This document shows, one piece after another, positions 34,900-48,789 of a stretch of DNA of 64,000 bases (the stretch's first letter is position 1; each line of letters opens with the position of its first letter). The notes beneath the pieces are model-generated. The model saw nothing but the letters and a program-made list of their open reading frames with translations, ran no database searches and was not told where the DNA came from. A program made the translations under genes and the position numbers. Source of the stretch: Anthoceros angustus (Eukaryota > Plantae > Anthocerotophyta); contig VJWM01000144.1 in assembly GCA_010909165.1 (NCBI GenBank), positions 496,001 through 560,000 of the forward strand, read 5' to 3'.

Positions 34900-36360
34900 T
34901 CCCCTCCTCTTATACAATCGTGTAGCCACGCTTAGTTGCCCCTTCAACTTGGCAAAGGCATACCTCCGCCACACACTTGCCTATCGGGATAACACGCACT
35001 GCTTTCACATCTCTCTTTTCTAAACAAAGTATGTGCTTGTTGGCGATGCTTGGGCGGGAAAGAGCCGGTTCTTTGGAGACTTTGGACACTCCCGCTGGCA
35101 CTTGATAAAGCCAGATGTGGGTGTAGAGGGCCTCCCATGTACCCTTCTTGACATGCTATCGTCCACTCAAAGGCACTAGCACGGGTTAGCAGAGCTAGTG
35201 CTCTCCTTTGCACTTCAAAGTCCTCAATCACACACCAATTATTATGCCTTTCACAATAAGATAATCACTTGCCCACCTCGAGCTCCTTCTTCTTGGACAC
35301 TGCAAGGTTTGTGGATCATACAAAGGCCAGAACCATGAAGTCATCATGATTACGTACTCATACATACACAAAAAATACAATGAAGAAAAGCCTATACTAT
35401 ACTGAGACCTGCTGATGGGACAATGTCCTTGTTAAAGCAAGTCTGGGTTATTTCTAGAGCTTCCTTTGTCTTATCCGGATTGGGGTAATCTTTATGGGTC
35501 AACACACACCACTCATTCAACAGGGTTATCCTGTCCATTCTTAAGTGAGCAAATTCATATTCACATCCAGCAATATCATCGTGCCACATAATCACTGTGT
35601 TCTCATACCGCTTAGCCAAATACATACCACATATACTACTAGCCAGATGCCTTAAGCTAGGTGCTGGAGCAAAGCAGTTAAGTCTAGACATGGTACGTTT
35701 TTGAGATGGGTCAGGTTTATCGTATCTTTTTTTGTGGCAAAGTCGGATGGCAGCAAGATCCTGGCCCCTCCTTTACGGAAGATTTCCTGAAGGAGAAATG
35801 GCCCCTCCTACCTTCATATTCTCTACCTGTCCATTGGACATAGGGTGATATGGAGTTGTCATTCTGTGCCTGATGGCTTGATAAACCCTATAATACTATC
35901 TATGAACTCTCTCCCTACGTTAATAACGATTTCCACGTGCTGGACTGCCAAACGTGGTGACCATATGTGAGCTTGAAAAGAAATTATCCTATGAGTTCCC
36001 CGACAGGGCAAGGAGGGCTTATGCTCCATCCACTTTGTAGCACAGTTTTTAGATATACATAATAATGTACTTGTGGCCATGCAGGCTCACTAGACTAATC
36101 AGCTCATTACACTTAATCTCCCACTTTATAAAGGGCAAGCCTGTGGAAAATATCAGATGTAACAACCCTTGTCTCAAGAACACCTTAACGTTCGCATACC
36201 ACTGGCAACTCACACAATGCTGGCAATAAGCCCTTACACCTTTGAACAACGTTGGCCAACAATATCGTACCCAAAGCACTTTCTTTGCAATGGCAGTGGC
36301 ATCAAAATGCCATCTGCACATAAAATCATTCATCTTGAAGAGCACCCATGAGTATCTGTT
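34900..36360 (-). mobile_element. Highly degenerate Ty3/gypsy retrotransposon fragments (integrase, RT, RNase H)
   Basis: Integrase zinc-finger/core remnants: HFDATAIAKKVLWVRYCWPTLFKGVRAYCQHCVSCQ, PFIKWEI, TTPYHPMSNGQVE. RT remnants: VIMWHDDI, NPDKTKEAL, IEDFEVQRRALALLTRASAFEWTIACQEG. Confidence 0.7.
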
Positions 36361-36990
36361 GGCCCCAAATACATAATCGCAGAATCATGTCAAGTCCTCA
36401 GGTTAGGTGAGAGTGGACGTCCGAACGTTTGCGTTAGGCTAGGTTTGTTGACAATGGACGAACGACGGTGCAATTCAGCTGACGATGGACGGATGACGAT
36501 GTTAGGTTAGCACTTCATCGCTGTGGAAGCCCTTCTAAAAAAAGGACAAGTATCCATCTATGCCCTAATAATGCGAGTCTAAAGTTTGGGTTCTTCGTAT
36601 GGGTTAGGGCTTGAGATGGCGGATTACAAGGCGACCTTTAAGTTTGCTATAAGGTAGGTGATGTGACACTATAGGCCGTTGCTTCACACTGCGGAAAAGG
36701 GCTGCAAAAGTTGAGTATCTCACGGTCTCGCCATAGGACCGACAAATGCCTGGGACTTGTCGCAGACAGTTGCAGTGTGGATTTGGTGCAACAGATCTTA
36801 TCCATGCAAAGGACAATCAAATTCCTTAAGTGCTAAGGTGGTAAATTTTGGAGCCTTTTCAAGAAAAGTATGATTATTTACTTTTACTTTTGCAGATCAA
36901 TGTTTTGTAAAATATATACTAGAATCTAGCCATGCTAATTCGAGTACGACTAGGAGACCTAAAACATAAACAAGATTGCCACAAGGCTAA

Positions 36991-37182
36991 GCTCAGCGCT
37001 AAAGAATAACCTTTGGACCTTAGCAGTACTTATAGAGCTCAGTGCTGAAGAATAACCTTTAGACCTTAGCAGTACTTGTGGAGCTCAGTGCTAATAAACT
37101 TTGGACCTTAGCCGTACTTGTGGAGCTTAGCGCCGAAGAATAACCTTTGGACCTTAGCAGTACTTGTGGAGCTCAGCGCTAA
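36991..37182. repeat. About 46-bp minisatellite, about 4 copies
   Basis: The unit gctcagcgctaaagaataacctttggaccttagcagtacttgtgga is repeated head to tail with no unique spacers. Confidence 0.9.
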
Positions 37183-39059
37183 TTACGTTAGCACTTGAGA
37201 ATGCAACAACCGGAGGATGCCAGGTCAGTGCCGTGGAGAAGCGGCTGCATCTTGTACCTTGATGCAAGCCTAGCAATGAAGAGCAATGTTTGAAGGGTGG
37301 ACCGGTCCGGTTAGAGGACCCATTTACATTGGACCAGGGTTGAAATTTCAATGTCGGTCGAATATGGTTAGGTCCTCTGCTACAGTTAACGAAGATGTAG
37401 AGCTCATAAGCTTTTAACCCCCAAGGTCGAGCCTGGATGCTTGGCACAGTGCGAAGCTTCACTCGCAAGTGACGATGAGCTTAATACGACCTACATCCTT
37501 CATCCCAATGAAAGCTTGGCGATGGAGAGCTACGTTCCAACGTGACGAAGGCCGGATCTCAATGCCAGCCGAGCATATTTGTATGCTCGGCCAACATTTA
37601 TAAATATGCTCAGCTGGCATTTACAAATATGCTCGATTGGCATTTGTCTGTGGGATAAACTAACAAGGGACTAAAAGGATAACCTTGCTTTACGCATGCA
37701 ACACTGCGAATCATATTGGTTTTTCCTTATGTGTGAAGTCTTATGTCGTTCATCATATACAGTACGCAATTTATATAGCACGTATAAAACCTCCAAACAC
37801 TCCCAACTTAGTCACCACTTCCCAAAGTCATCTCCTAGTGAGTGTATTAAAAGCTTTTTGAAAGTCAACAAAACATAGGTGAAGTCTCCTCCCATGTGCC
37901 CTTCTCCATTTCATGACCTTATGGTGAAGTCTCCTCCCAAGTGCCCTTGTCCATTTGATGACCCTGTGAAGGATGTAGACCTGCTCCTTCTAGCAACTCA
38001 TATCCTATATGGTATTTTGAGTGAGAATAGAACGAGATATATTTAGACTTGCTCTTACCGGCAACTCATACTATGCTTGACATTTTTTAGTGGGAATTGT
38101 TGGATGTTGGGTCAGCACTTGGGTCTAGCATGCTCCAGGGTTGACGTTCAAGGCTGGTGAGTCTGGACCTAGCCTATAAATCTACAAAGGGGTTAGCCCC
38201 CCCCTCTCTCTCTCTCTCTCTCGTAATACCCTTGATATGCTATTATATACCTTACATACCTGCATTCATACAGACATACAGATGACACTAAGTACCAGTG
38301 ATGCTGGCTACGATGCCAATATGTAGAACAAGGAAAGACTAGCTGATGCCTAGCGGTTCGTCCTTCAACAAAGAGGCTTGTATGTTCACCGTCAACTCAC
38401 AACGCAAAAAGAACCACATATGCAATCTCAAAACAAGAACTTCAGGTTTGGGGTACGCTCACTCAATGATGATCAGATTCAGAACACTGGACTGCGCGGC
38501 AAAAGAATGGCCTAGATGGGCCAGCCTTGTCATGCAGAGACGTCCAAGTGAACAAAGATGGGCCTGAGAATTGCCTTCTACTTGCCTATGGCTCACCCGG
38601 CTTGACCTCTTATACATTCGTCCAACCCAAGGGGCACCCTACAGCTGGAATGAGGGCCTGTCCTCCTTACAAATTCAAATTGCTCCCTATCGTTTCCTAT
38701 AGTCTCTCTCCCTACCTATTCTCAGCATGTGCAGCAAACTAGGTAAGCGGGCAGGCTCTTTGGCTTCGTTCAGCCGTGTTCACACAAAATAGAGCGAGAT
38801 ATAGTAAGAGAAGACCCTTTTTCAGAACAAGAGTGTCACTATCGAACGCTGATCAGTTCTACGATATTTTATCCAAACAGTTGAAAACGTATGATTTTGT
38901 AATGGGCTTTAACGCTGAAGAGGAGGGTAAGTCGTCCGGGAACTAAGCGGCAGGACATGGAGGCGTGTCGATGCCCGAAATGCAGTCGTGGATGCGAACC
39001 CTGGTGGGAGCATAATGCGCGAGCTGGTTAGCTTGTGCTAGTCTGCAGCACCACAGGGC

Positions 39060-42000
39060 ATGGATGTCCAGAAGCAAATGGGAAAGGAACCTCTTGGGCT
39101 GCGGACGCGCAAGCAGGATGATAGGTGCATTTCCAAAAGCTGTGCTTTGGTGGCTTTGCTCTTCCTGCTATGGATGCCTATGCTGGGAACATCCGCACTC
39201 GCTCAGCAGCCGAAGAACATTAACGTGGCGGTACGGGCCAAGTGGACAGGAACGCCTCTTCTTCTAGAGGCTGGGTGAGTATAGTGTGAGTCGTCAATTT
39301 CGTTGAATTCATGATTCCATTGACTTGGTGGTGAAGCGAAAGTGATTAGTATTGTGGTTGAGGTGGGCACCAAGATTTGTTGCTCTCTTTTCAATTCAGG
39401 TGGTGCGGATGGCAAGGTTATTGTGCACTGGTGGTTTAGCTTCCTGCTTTGGAATTAAAGGCTTGGGGTTTTTGCTGCAGGGAGCTTGTAGCAAAGGAGA
39501 ACGAGGAAGCGTTCTGGGATTTTGTAAGGAAATGGGTAGAGGCTGGGCAGGGATCTGGGTCTGAAACAGATGCAGAATGCTTCCATCGCATATTGAGGCA
39601 CGGAAAGTCTGTCCTTGGTGATCACCTCGGGCATCTTCTGCATTTGTCTCTGGTTGTACGATCAGCATCCCCTAAACTCGTTCTGTTTCGGCAGCTGGCG
39701 CAAGAATCACTATTGATCAGAGCAGTGGATAAGGATGATCGGAAAGATGGATCAGGGGGCCCTGACATCAATCGATGGGCTGTTAGCTCCAACCCACAGG
39801 CGCCGGATGGGGAGTGCTGCTGGGTGGATGTGGGCTCTCGTCTGGTGTTTGGTGAAGGGGATCTGTCTGACTGGCTTAAGACGGTTAAAGACCGGTCCTC
39901 AGATGACACCACGTCTCCAGAGTTATTCGAGTTTGATCACATATTCCCTGGTTCCGAGGGGGGAAATGTTGTGGCTGTACTTTATGGTGCTCTGGGGACG
40001 CGTTGCTTTCAGGAACTTCATGGTCTGCTATCCAAGGCTTCTGAGCAAGGTCTCGTGAAGTATGCAGTGCGGTCTGTGCTGCCATCTGGGTGTGAGGCTG
40101 TTAGTGGAGCATGTGGGAGGGTAGGAGCCGGTGGTATCGTGAACCTGGGAGGTTATGGTGTGGAGCTTGCTCTTAAAAATATGGAGTACACTGCCATTGA
40201 TGACAGTGATCTGAAGAAGGGCGGTGATGCAACAGCTGAAACCCGGGAAGAGGGTAATGCCGAGGAACAGCAGGCTGATTTGGATGGAAAGGTTGACAGT
40301 CTTAGGGACCACCTTCTGTCATCAGAAATTGCTGATCAAGTCAATGTCGAGGAGCTGAAGGACCTGGGGTTCCAGGCAGCTCAGGTGATTCTTGGAGCAC
40401 CAGAGCCTCTGCAGATGATGCGAGACATCAACCAAAACCTTCCCAAGCTTGTATCCTGGCTTGCACATGCACAGCCTAACGAGACACTTAGAGCAGAGAT
40501 TGTGTCCAATCAGAAGCTGGTGCAAGCAGGTAAGAACCTACTTGCAATTAATGGGGCCCTTATCAGTATTGATACTGTTGATTTGTTCACTTTGCTTGAT
40601 CTAATTCAAGGGGAGCTGTCCCTGGCTGACAAGATCAGGAAACTGATGGTGCCGTCCAAGTATGTTAAGAGATTGCTTCAAATTCCTGAGCCAGCAGAGC
40701 AAAGTACAGTTCGTGTTGACTTCCGGTCCCAGGAGTTTGTTCATTACTTGAATAACCTGGAGGAGGATGCTGCCTACCGGAGATGGTCAAATAATCTGAA
40801 CCAGCTACTGATGCCAGTGTACCCTGGGCAGCTCCGGTATCTGCGGAAGAATCTTTATCATGCGGTGTATGTTATTGACCCAGCTTCAGCTAGTGGTCTT
40901 GGATTGGTTGACACCATAATGATCTACTACCGGAATTCTATTCCTATGCGATTTGGTCTCATTTTAGTGGCACCAAAGGTCTTGCATAAAGCTGAGCTGC
41001 AACATGGTGATAAAGAGCACAAGGAGGGAACAGCCAGCATTGATGACGATCCTTCCAGTATGGCGATCAAGATTTTTTTCTATTTGAAGGAGTCCTTGGG
41101 AGATTCCTCAGCTTTTGAGTTTCTTCAGACACTGAACACCATTCGTGAGGATTATGACGACGACGGCAATGATTATATTTCTCTTTCAGATGTACACAGT
41201 GCCTTTTTGGACTTAATGAGACATCACGACAGACCTGGTCAAGTTCTTTGGAAGGATCTGCAAAGTGGGGCTGAGTATGGTGAAGTAGCTTTGAAAAGCA
41301 GTCTGCATGCTCATAGACTTGGTCTTTCCCAGATTCAGCCTTGTCTGCTGATGAATGGTTTGTTGTACGATGAGAGCCAGGTGCAGCAGGGCGCAATGTT
41401 GGCTATGAATGAGGAGCTTCCTCGGATCCAGGAAGGAGTCTACTTCGGCACCATCAATTATCGAACTGATGTACTTGACAAATTTCTTTCAGAGAATGGC
41501 CATGCTCGGTATAATCCCCAAATTCTTGGGCCTGCATCCGATGCAAATAAGTACGTGTCTCTGACAGAGCCTATAGCTGTAAAACAGGCAACACTGGCAA
41601 GACTGCAGTACGTTCATTCTCCTGGTACTGAGGATGACGTGAAGCCAATCACCCACTGGCTTGCCCTTGATTTATCTAGTAGTGCTGGGCGAGATCTTCT
41701 TCTAGAAGCAGCTCGCTATTTGTCCAGGAGCCCAACTAAGTCTCGAGTTGCAGTGCTCCACAATGCTGAAGACCTCAACGATCCGGCTGAAATACCTAAA
41801 ACCATCAGCATAGTATATGCAGCCATTAACTCCCCAACTCGTCGAGCTAAAGTGGTACCCTTCCTAGAAAGTTTTCTGGCATCACAAGCATTGCAGGATT
41901 TTGATGAAGGCAAGGTAAATTCTGAAGCTCTATTGAAAGAATCATTACACATTGCACTTCAGGTTGGCCTCAAAGCTGATTACATAGATGCTTCTCTCTC

Positions 42001-44203
42001 TGATGTCCAATATCTCGCTTCAGCTACAAAGCGAATGGCTGAGGAACGGGCTCTCTTGTCCACTCTGTTTGGTCTCCGGCCAGGTCAGGATGCTGTCATA
42101 ACAAATGGAAGAGTCTTTGTCCAGGACAAGGGGAAGTATTTTGTTGCAGAAGACTTTCCACTGCTAGATGCTGTTCAGTATGAAAAGAGGGTTAAGCCTG
42201 TGCAGCAGGTTGTATCTGAGATTGAATGGAGTGATGTTGAGCCAGATGATATAACCAGTGAATTTCTAAGCACGGTTATTATGGCAGTCTCATCATCAAT
42301 GGCGGCAAGATCCAGAACCTCTGATTCAGCCCGGTTTGATTTGCTCAAGGGAGACCACAGTGCCATTGTAAGGCAAGTAGATGATGCCGACGTTCATGTG
42401 GATGCTGTTATTGATCCTTTGAGCTCACACGGACAGAGACTGACTCCGCTTCTGGTGCTTCTGGAAGAATGGTTGCAACCAAGCATGCGGATCCTCTTGA
42501 ATCCATCAAGTGGTCTATCTGAGTTGCCTTTAAAGAATTTTTACCGATATGTGGTGCCAGTGACAGAGGATGGCTCCTCACACGGTCCACTTACTGCCGG
42601 CCCTGTAGGCCAATTTTCAAACATGCCTCTATCAAGGACAATGACCATGAACCTTGATGTTCCAGAACCTTGGCTGGTGGAACCAGTCATAGCAGTACAT
42701 GATCTGGATAACATTGTGCTTGAGAAGCTCAGTGGACGAACTATGCTTGCAGTTTTTGAGCTGGAAGCATTGGTTGTCACGGGGCAGTGCTATGAGAAGG
42801 TTCTTGAGCCACCACGAGGACTCCAATTGGTTTTGGGCACTAAATTCGTGCCACATATGGTGGACACCATTGTCATGGCAAACCTTGGCTACTGGCAATT
42901 GAAAGCCGCTCCTGGGGTTTTTAACCTCAAGCTGGCACCAGGCAAGTCCACTGAGCTCTACACTCTGCAGGGACCAGGAGAGGGCACTGATGCTGGTCCA
43001 GTTGAGAGAAGACTTGTCGTACAGTCTCTTCAAGGTGAGGTGGTTCGTCTGGAAGTTGTGAAGAAGGAGGGAAAGGAGAACCAGAAAATGGTTGATGCAG
43101 ATGATGACCTGGATGATGAGTCTGCAAAGGAAGCAAATGAACGAAAGAGGGGGAATTCGAAGACTGCAGGTCTTTTTCAGTGGGCGACAAACTTCATGGG
43201 TGTGCGCAGAGAGTCTGAGGTCCAACCTCATCCGGATAAGGCATCCCTGGGTGGACATAAGGTAGAGAGGCATGGCGAGACTATCAATATATTTTCCATA
43301 GCATCTGGTCATCTTTACGAGAGGTTCTTGAAGATAATGATGTTAAGTGTTTTGAAGAACACGAGGCGACCTGTCAAGTTTTGGTTCATCAAGAACTATT
43401 TGTCACCCCAGTTCAAGGATGTGATCCCCCATATGGCCAAGGAGTATGGATTTGAGTATGATCTTGTGACCTACAAGTGGCCTTCGTGGTTACACAAGCA
43501 GACAGAGAAGCAGAGACTAATCTGGGCCTACAAGATCTTGTTCCTTGACGTCATCTTTCCCTTGTCCCTGAAGAAGGTGATATTTGTTGATGCTGACCAG
43601 ATTGTCCGAACTGACATAGGCGAGCTTTATGACATGCATATCGGAGGGAGGCCTCTAGCTTATACCCCATTTTGCGACAACAACAAAGACATGGATGGAT
43701 ACCGCTTTTGGAATCAGGGGTTCTGGAAGGATCATCTGCGTGGGAAACCATACCATATCAGTGCCCTTTATGTAGTCGACCTCCTAAAGTTTCGACAGAC
43801 GGCAGCAGGTGACAAGCTTCGTGTGTTCTATGAAAGTCTCAGCAAGGATCCAAACAGCTTGTCCAACCTGGATCAGGATTTGCCCAATTATGCACAACAT
43901 ACGGTTCCAATCTTTTCGCTGCCGCAACAATGGTTGTGGTGTGAGTCCTGGTGTGGGAATGCCACCAAGTCACAAGCTAAGACCATTGATCTGTGCAACA
44001 ATCCCATGACGAAGGAGCCCAAGCTTGATGGGGCTCGCCGGATTGTTGCTGAATGGCCTGCTCTCGATGAGGAAGCCAGAGAATTTACAGCAAGGTTACT
44101 CCATGGGGATGGTGTCCAACCACGTTCTGCATCTCCTGTAGTTGAAAATATAAGGGAAACTTCTCAGGCAGGCAGGGATCCGGAAACCGTGGCCGAGTTG
44201 TAG
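39060..44203 (+). CDS. UGGT: UDP-glucose:glycoprotein glucosyltransferase; 2 exons (39060-39274 and 39481-44203)
   Basis: Signal peptide, then KNINVAVRAKWTGTPLLLEAG|ELVAKE, LGGYGVELALKNMEY and the GT24 domain INIFSIASGHLYERF...FVDADQ...DQDLPN...WCESWC. Ends in the ER-retention-like VAEL. Single gtgagt...ctgcag intron. Confidence 0.97.
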
Positions 44204-44523
44204 CTGCAGTATGCATCCCTGCCTCATGGTTTGCAATCTGCAAGCCATTTGCGGATCCGCCTGTGCAGGGTTTTTGATGGTTTGGCCTTCCCTGCAGTGC
44301 GTTTCTATGTTAATGAGAATAGTTCTTCGCTGATCAGTGTAATTCTTCGCAGATGGATGTAATTTTTAAATGTTCCCAAGTTGCTTGGAAACTCTCGTAA
44401 CTTCATGGCAACACAATGGCCAAATGGTCTTGGGATCGCAATCGCCCAGTCTGGTCAGTTGGACAAGAATGGAGCTCTGAATTCTGTTCGAGCCCCTCTA
44501 AATTTGCGGACAGTAACTTCATC

Positions 44524-45214
44524 TCATTTTTTCTTCTTGTCACGCCTGGCCCTTCCAGAGCTGAGAGCTGCCCTCGACGACCCTGCTGCCTGGTCTTGCT
44601 TTTTGTCACGCCCTTGATGCTTCTTCACCAAATCCGCTACCTTAAGCATCAATACCTTCCCTGCAAACGGGGATTCACACTAGTCAGGACACTGTTGTCC
44701 AACACACTGCTGTTCAAGACACAGCGGCAAGCACCTGTTTCAGCTATGGCGCACAGTGGAGAAACAGTTCCATCTCAAGCCCTAACGCGCGATCTGAGAA
44801 GAATCAGGATTGCGAGTCAAAACTTTCGTCAACCTCGGCCGAGCAACGAAGGCTTACTTGAAGGAAGCAAGGGATTGCTGAGGTCGCCAGCTTCGGTCTT
44901 GAGCTGCACCCGAGCTCTCCCTCTTTGCATGTAGTCTCTGGAGTACGCCTTGTCCAGCTGCCCGATGAAAAAGGGAAGACCGTCAGTCAGTCATGGATCA
45001 AGCAGCGGAGTCAGTGAGACGATAGCTCAGCACCCACCTCCAGCTTGTAGGGAATTTTGAGGTAGTTGCAGCAGTCGCCAATCTCCTCAATGGTAGGGTT
45101 GTCCACTGCAGCAGTCTTGCTGATCCGGCGGCCCTGTGCCACCGTCTTGGTGGAATTGATGTAGACTGGGTAGATCACCACCCAGCGTGAGGTGTCCTGT
45201 GCATCCTCCATCAT
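44524..45214 (-). CDS. SRP19: Signal recognition particle 19 kDa protein, 3 exons
   Basis: WVVIYPVYINSTKTVAQGRRI...LE|LDKAYSRDYMQRGRARVQLK...PS|RKVLMLKVADLVKKH. Confidence 0.95.
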
Positions 45215-45855
45215 CCTCGCCTCTGCTCCACAGCCGACGTCAAAAACGTGGAACCCACGTCACATTACTCACACGTTTTCCGCCTCACTAGCCTTAGGAG
45301 ATCTCTTCGCGCCTCTACACAGGTGGAATCTGGTCCGCAACGACGTCAGGCAAACAACTTGTGCGTTGCAGGCGAGCTGGTGAGGGTTTTGATACCACAA
45401 GGGAACGTCTCTCGTGGGTTCTGGACCACAGCTAGAACGTGCCGTGCTGTCTTGCTCAGAGCGAGAGCGACGGGGAAGAGACTAGAACGAAACGGATCCT
45501 CTGAAGGAGGTCAGTCGGGGGCTTTCCTCTGATATGTATATATCCGATCACACCCATATCGTGAAACAGCAAGTCTAGGAAACTTTTCAAGAAAGTGTTG
45601 TACATGTGATTCAATCTGTACAGGGGGGCAAGGGAGTACAGTTACAAGCAGGCACTTGGTCTCTGGATGTAGACTATGTAGTGTGGGCCTCGCATGTCCT
45701 CCAGAATGGGAAAAAAAAAGGAACCTGTCCTGGCGGGCAAAAACCTAGTGTGCAAAAAGGGAGACCATCTGTTCTACAGATCGACAGGTCACCACTTTAA
45801 GACTGGTCAAATAGTCTCACGGCACACAGCGTGGGAATGAAAGCCTCGCCTCACC

Positions 45856-47556
45856 CTAGACATCTCTGGGATCAACGAACAGGCTGGAAGATGGTGCAGA
45901 GCTGCCCCAGTCATATAGATCTGAGCCGGAGTGTGGTTCCAGCGCCAGCTTGGGATCAGTAAGAGCATCGAGGTTGCCATCACAAAGTATGGTGTTGTCC
46001 AGCCACTTAGCCCTGTTGCAGATGGCGACTGACTCTGTTAGATTCCTGTCTGAGCTCTTCTGCAACCGCTTTATACTCCACAGATCGTCAGCAGAAGAAA
46101 GGACTTTCCAGTGTGGTATCACATTTCTCAAGGGGTCCTGTGCCCCTACTTCCGACATCACCACACCGCAGCCATTCCTGAGAGCAAGGTTATGAGCATG
46201 CCAGCACAGTGCAGACAATAACTCTGCTGCCCTTGGGCCCTCCGCATGTAGCCCGAACATGAAATGCATCCCGAAAGGTGTGAACAGGTTGGGAATAGAG
46301 GGGACGCCAAATCCGGGAAGGGCCCAGTCTGCTAACCTGGAGGCAGCAGCTAGTGCTCTGATAGTCCGGGACACACCTGTCACTTCCAGGGAGAAAATCT
46401 CATTGCACTTCCAGATGCTAAGCATGGCCCAAGATCCAGGCTTCACTGCTCGTTCTGTTCCCGGACATGGCGTCCAGCACTCGTCATCACTGGCACTCTT
46501 ACAAGGAGCCTCATTGCAAAGCCTTCCCAAACCCAGCAGTTCGTCTTCTTGCATTCTAGCAACCCAGGTTCCGGCACAGAGTTTGGATCCTAGCACCACG
46601 TCGATGTCTTTGGGGAAAAATTCTTGGGCACCAAGAACAGATCTGTAAAGCAGAGTAGCGCTGGTGGGGCTGATCATCAACACCTTGACGTCTGCAGGGA
46701 TGGGCCGCGGGTGGACGAACACGGGGTGAATCAAGATAACAGGAGTTCTAAGGGGAGTATACTGGAGCTTCTCGTTGAAGAGCTTGACAGATGGTTCATT
46801 ATCCTTCACTGTCGCGACATACACATACTCTGCTCCATGTTGTTTGCACCAATCTTCCATCTTCATAACCAACCTCATGGCAATCCGCAGTCTCCTGAAA
46901 AGCAGTAACTACGCCATGGTCAGGACACGATCCGTGGACCACTCAGAACTATTCCATCTCGAACCAAAAAAGGACTTTCAGACCACATCTGCAGCAAGAC
47001 TGGCAGCAGCACACCCCGCCAGTAGCACAGAATATGTGACTCCAAAGATCCGTTGCCTCAACACCACATCCTCCATACACGAAGGCTCACCTATGCCTGG
47101 GGGAGACACGCAATCCAGAAAGATACCCAATCTTTGCATACAGAGGCGAGATGCCCACTTTAAGTTTAGCATTAATCGTTTCTTTCTCGCACACCACTTC
47201 CTTCACCCCCGCTCTAACAACACCAACGATTTCATCCTCCAGCTCAGCAACCTGCAAAAATTTCATTCCGCGAGGACTCAGGCTCGTGGCAGCATCCCAT
47301 TATCCGCAGGCAAAATCAAACAACACGAAAAGGAGAGCCTGGACAGAAACAATACCAGCATCTCATACGCAGGGAAATGCCGAACTCGGCCCAACGGATC
47401 TCCCAGCAGGTCAGCGTGCAGAGAGGCAGTGCTGCCGTTTCCCGTCTCGCATTTCCTCTCCAGCTCTTCCACTTTTCTCAAATCCGAAGGAGCGTAGGCT
47501 CTCACGGTCAAATTCTTCGCCACCAAAAGCTCGTCTGCAGCAACACTAGACCCCAT
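45856..47556 (-). CDS. HOOKLESS1-like GNAT N-acetyltransferase, about 3 exons
   Basis: VRAYAPSDLRKVEELERKCETG...DLLGDPLGRVRHFPAYEML, YAKIGYLSGLRVSPRHR, KMEDWCKQHGAEYVYVATVKDNEPSVKLF and LFVDPRDV at the C-terminus. Confidence 0.9.
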
Positions 47557-47967
47557 GGTCTCCACGCAGGTCTCCACGCAATTTCCTCTCCAGTACTAAA
47601 TTGCGGAATCCTCCAGAATTTGAAGAGCCAAGACCGCAGCGAAGCAGAGAAGAGAAGAGCGTCCCACAGCGGTGAAGCAGGGGGCGGGAAGGGGAGAATG
47701 CGCAGCTGGTTCAAGTGAGCATAATTCTTTATACCCGGCGCAGCACAGGCGAGACGAATCAGAGAGAGGGGAGACAGCCGAGTAACAGAATCATCGGCAG
47801 TTGCCCGCACTTTCTCCACAGATTAAACAGGTAAGATTCACGCACACTGCCGCCGGGTGAGGACTGTGCGGAGGGAGAGGCAGAGCCATGCGGAAGCGAC
47901 TGGGGGGAGAGAGAAAGAGGACAGCAAAAAAGAAAGGGAGAAAGCGAGGAAGCAAGGAAGGAAGCGA

Positions 47968-48540
47968 CACCGCACCACACCACACCACGCCACACCACAC
48001 CACACCACACCACCCGAGCTCCCCCCTCAGCAGAAAACATTTTCCTCGACACCCGCTCCCACAGCCTCGCAGTGCAATATAAAAGCCATGGCTTCTCGCA
48101 ATTGCGCCACAGCCCGGCAGCCCTCGAATGCAGAGGTTTTCGGGAGAGTCCGGGGTCGTGCAGTCAAGGGCAGGCGGTGCAATCCTGCAATTCCTCAGCT
48201 GCTGCCAGGGGGCGAGGCCCGCAGGCGCCTGGGGAGCCGGGAAAGTGAGGCAATGTCAGGACAGCCAAGTTGCTGTGATGAGGAAAGCCAGGAGGCAGAT
48301 CCTGCCGCAGCTGCAGCTGCAGCTGCTGCTGCTGCTGGCCTCATCCGCTGACCGCTGCCAGAACCGGGTCCCAGCCGCTTCCTGCTACAGTCGCAGCAGA
48401 TGCAGCACCAGCGCGCAGCAGCAGATGAAAGATGGCAACGTGCTCTGCAGAAAGACAAGACAGAAAGCAGGCTCCAGAGAGAGATCTCGTCTGGCCTGAG
48501 CCTGAGCCTGAGCCTGAGCCTAAGCCTGGGCCTCAGCCTT
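47968..48540. repeat. Cluster of simple repeats: (CACCA)n at 47968-48013, (GCT/GCA)n at about 48306-48337, (CTGAGC)n at about 48495-48538
   Basis: Directly visible runs upstream of the HLS1-like gene. Confidence 0.85.
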
Positions 48541-48789
48541 TCTTCGCGCTCCGGTGCGCGCAAGCACAAGACGAGAGCCCGGCACCAGCCGGCGCGACGG
48601 GTTAACTTCACGCCTCGCTTTAACTCGGGTTAGGTGTACCAACTTCGTTGATCCAGTGCCCCAGCCCTGCCTGTCTACTATAGTCATCGTTTATGCATTT
48701 TTCGACCTAAAGTATGTTTCATGTGTCTCATTGCCACCGCCAACACCACTCGACTTATCCAAAGTACATCAGGGGTTGGTGGATTTTTA

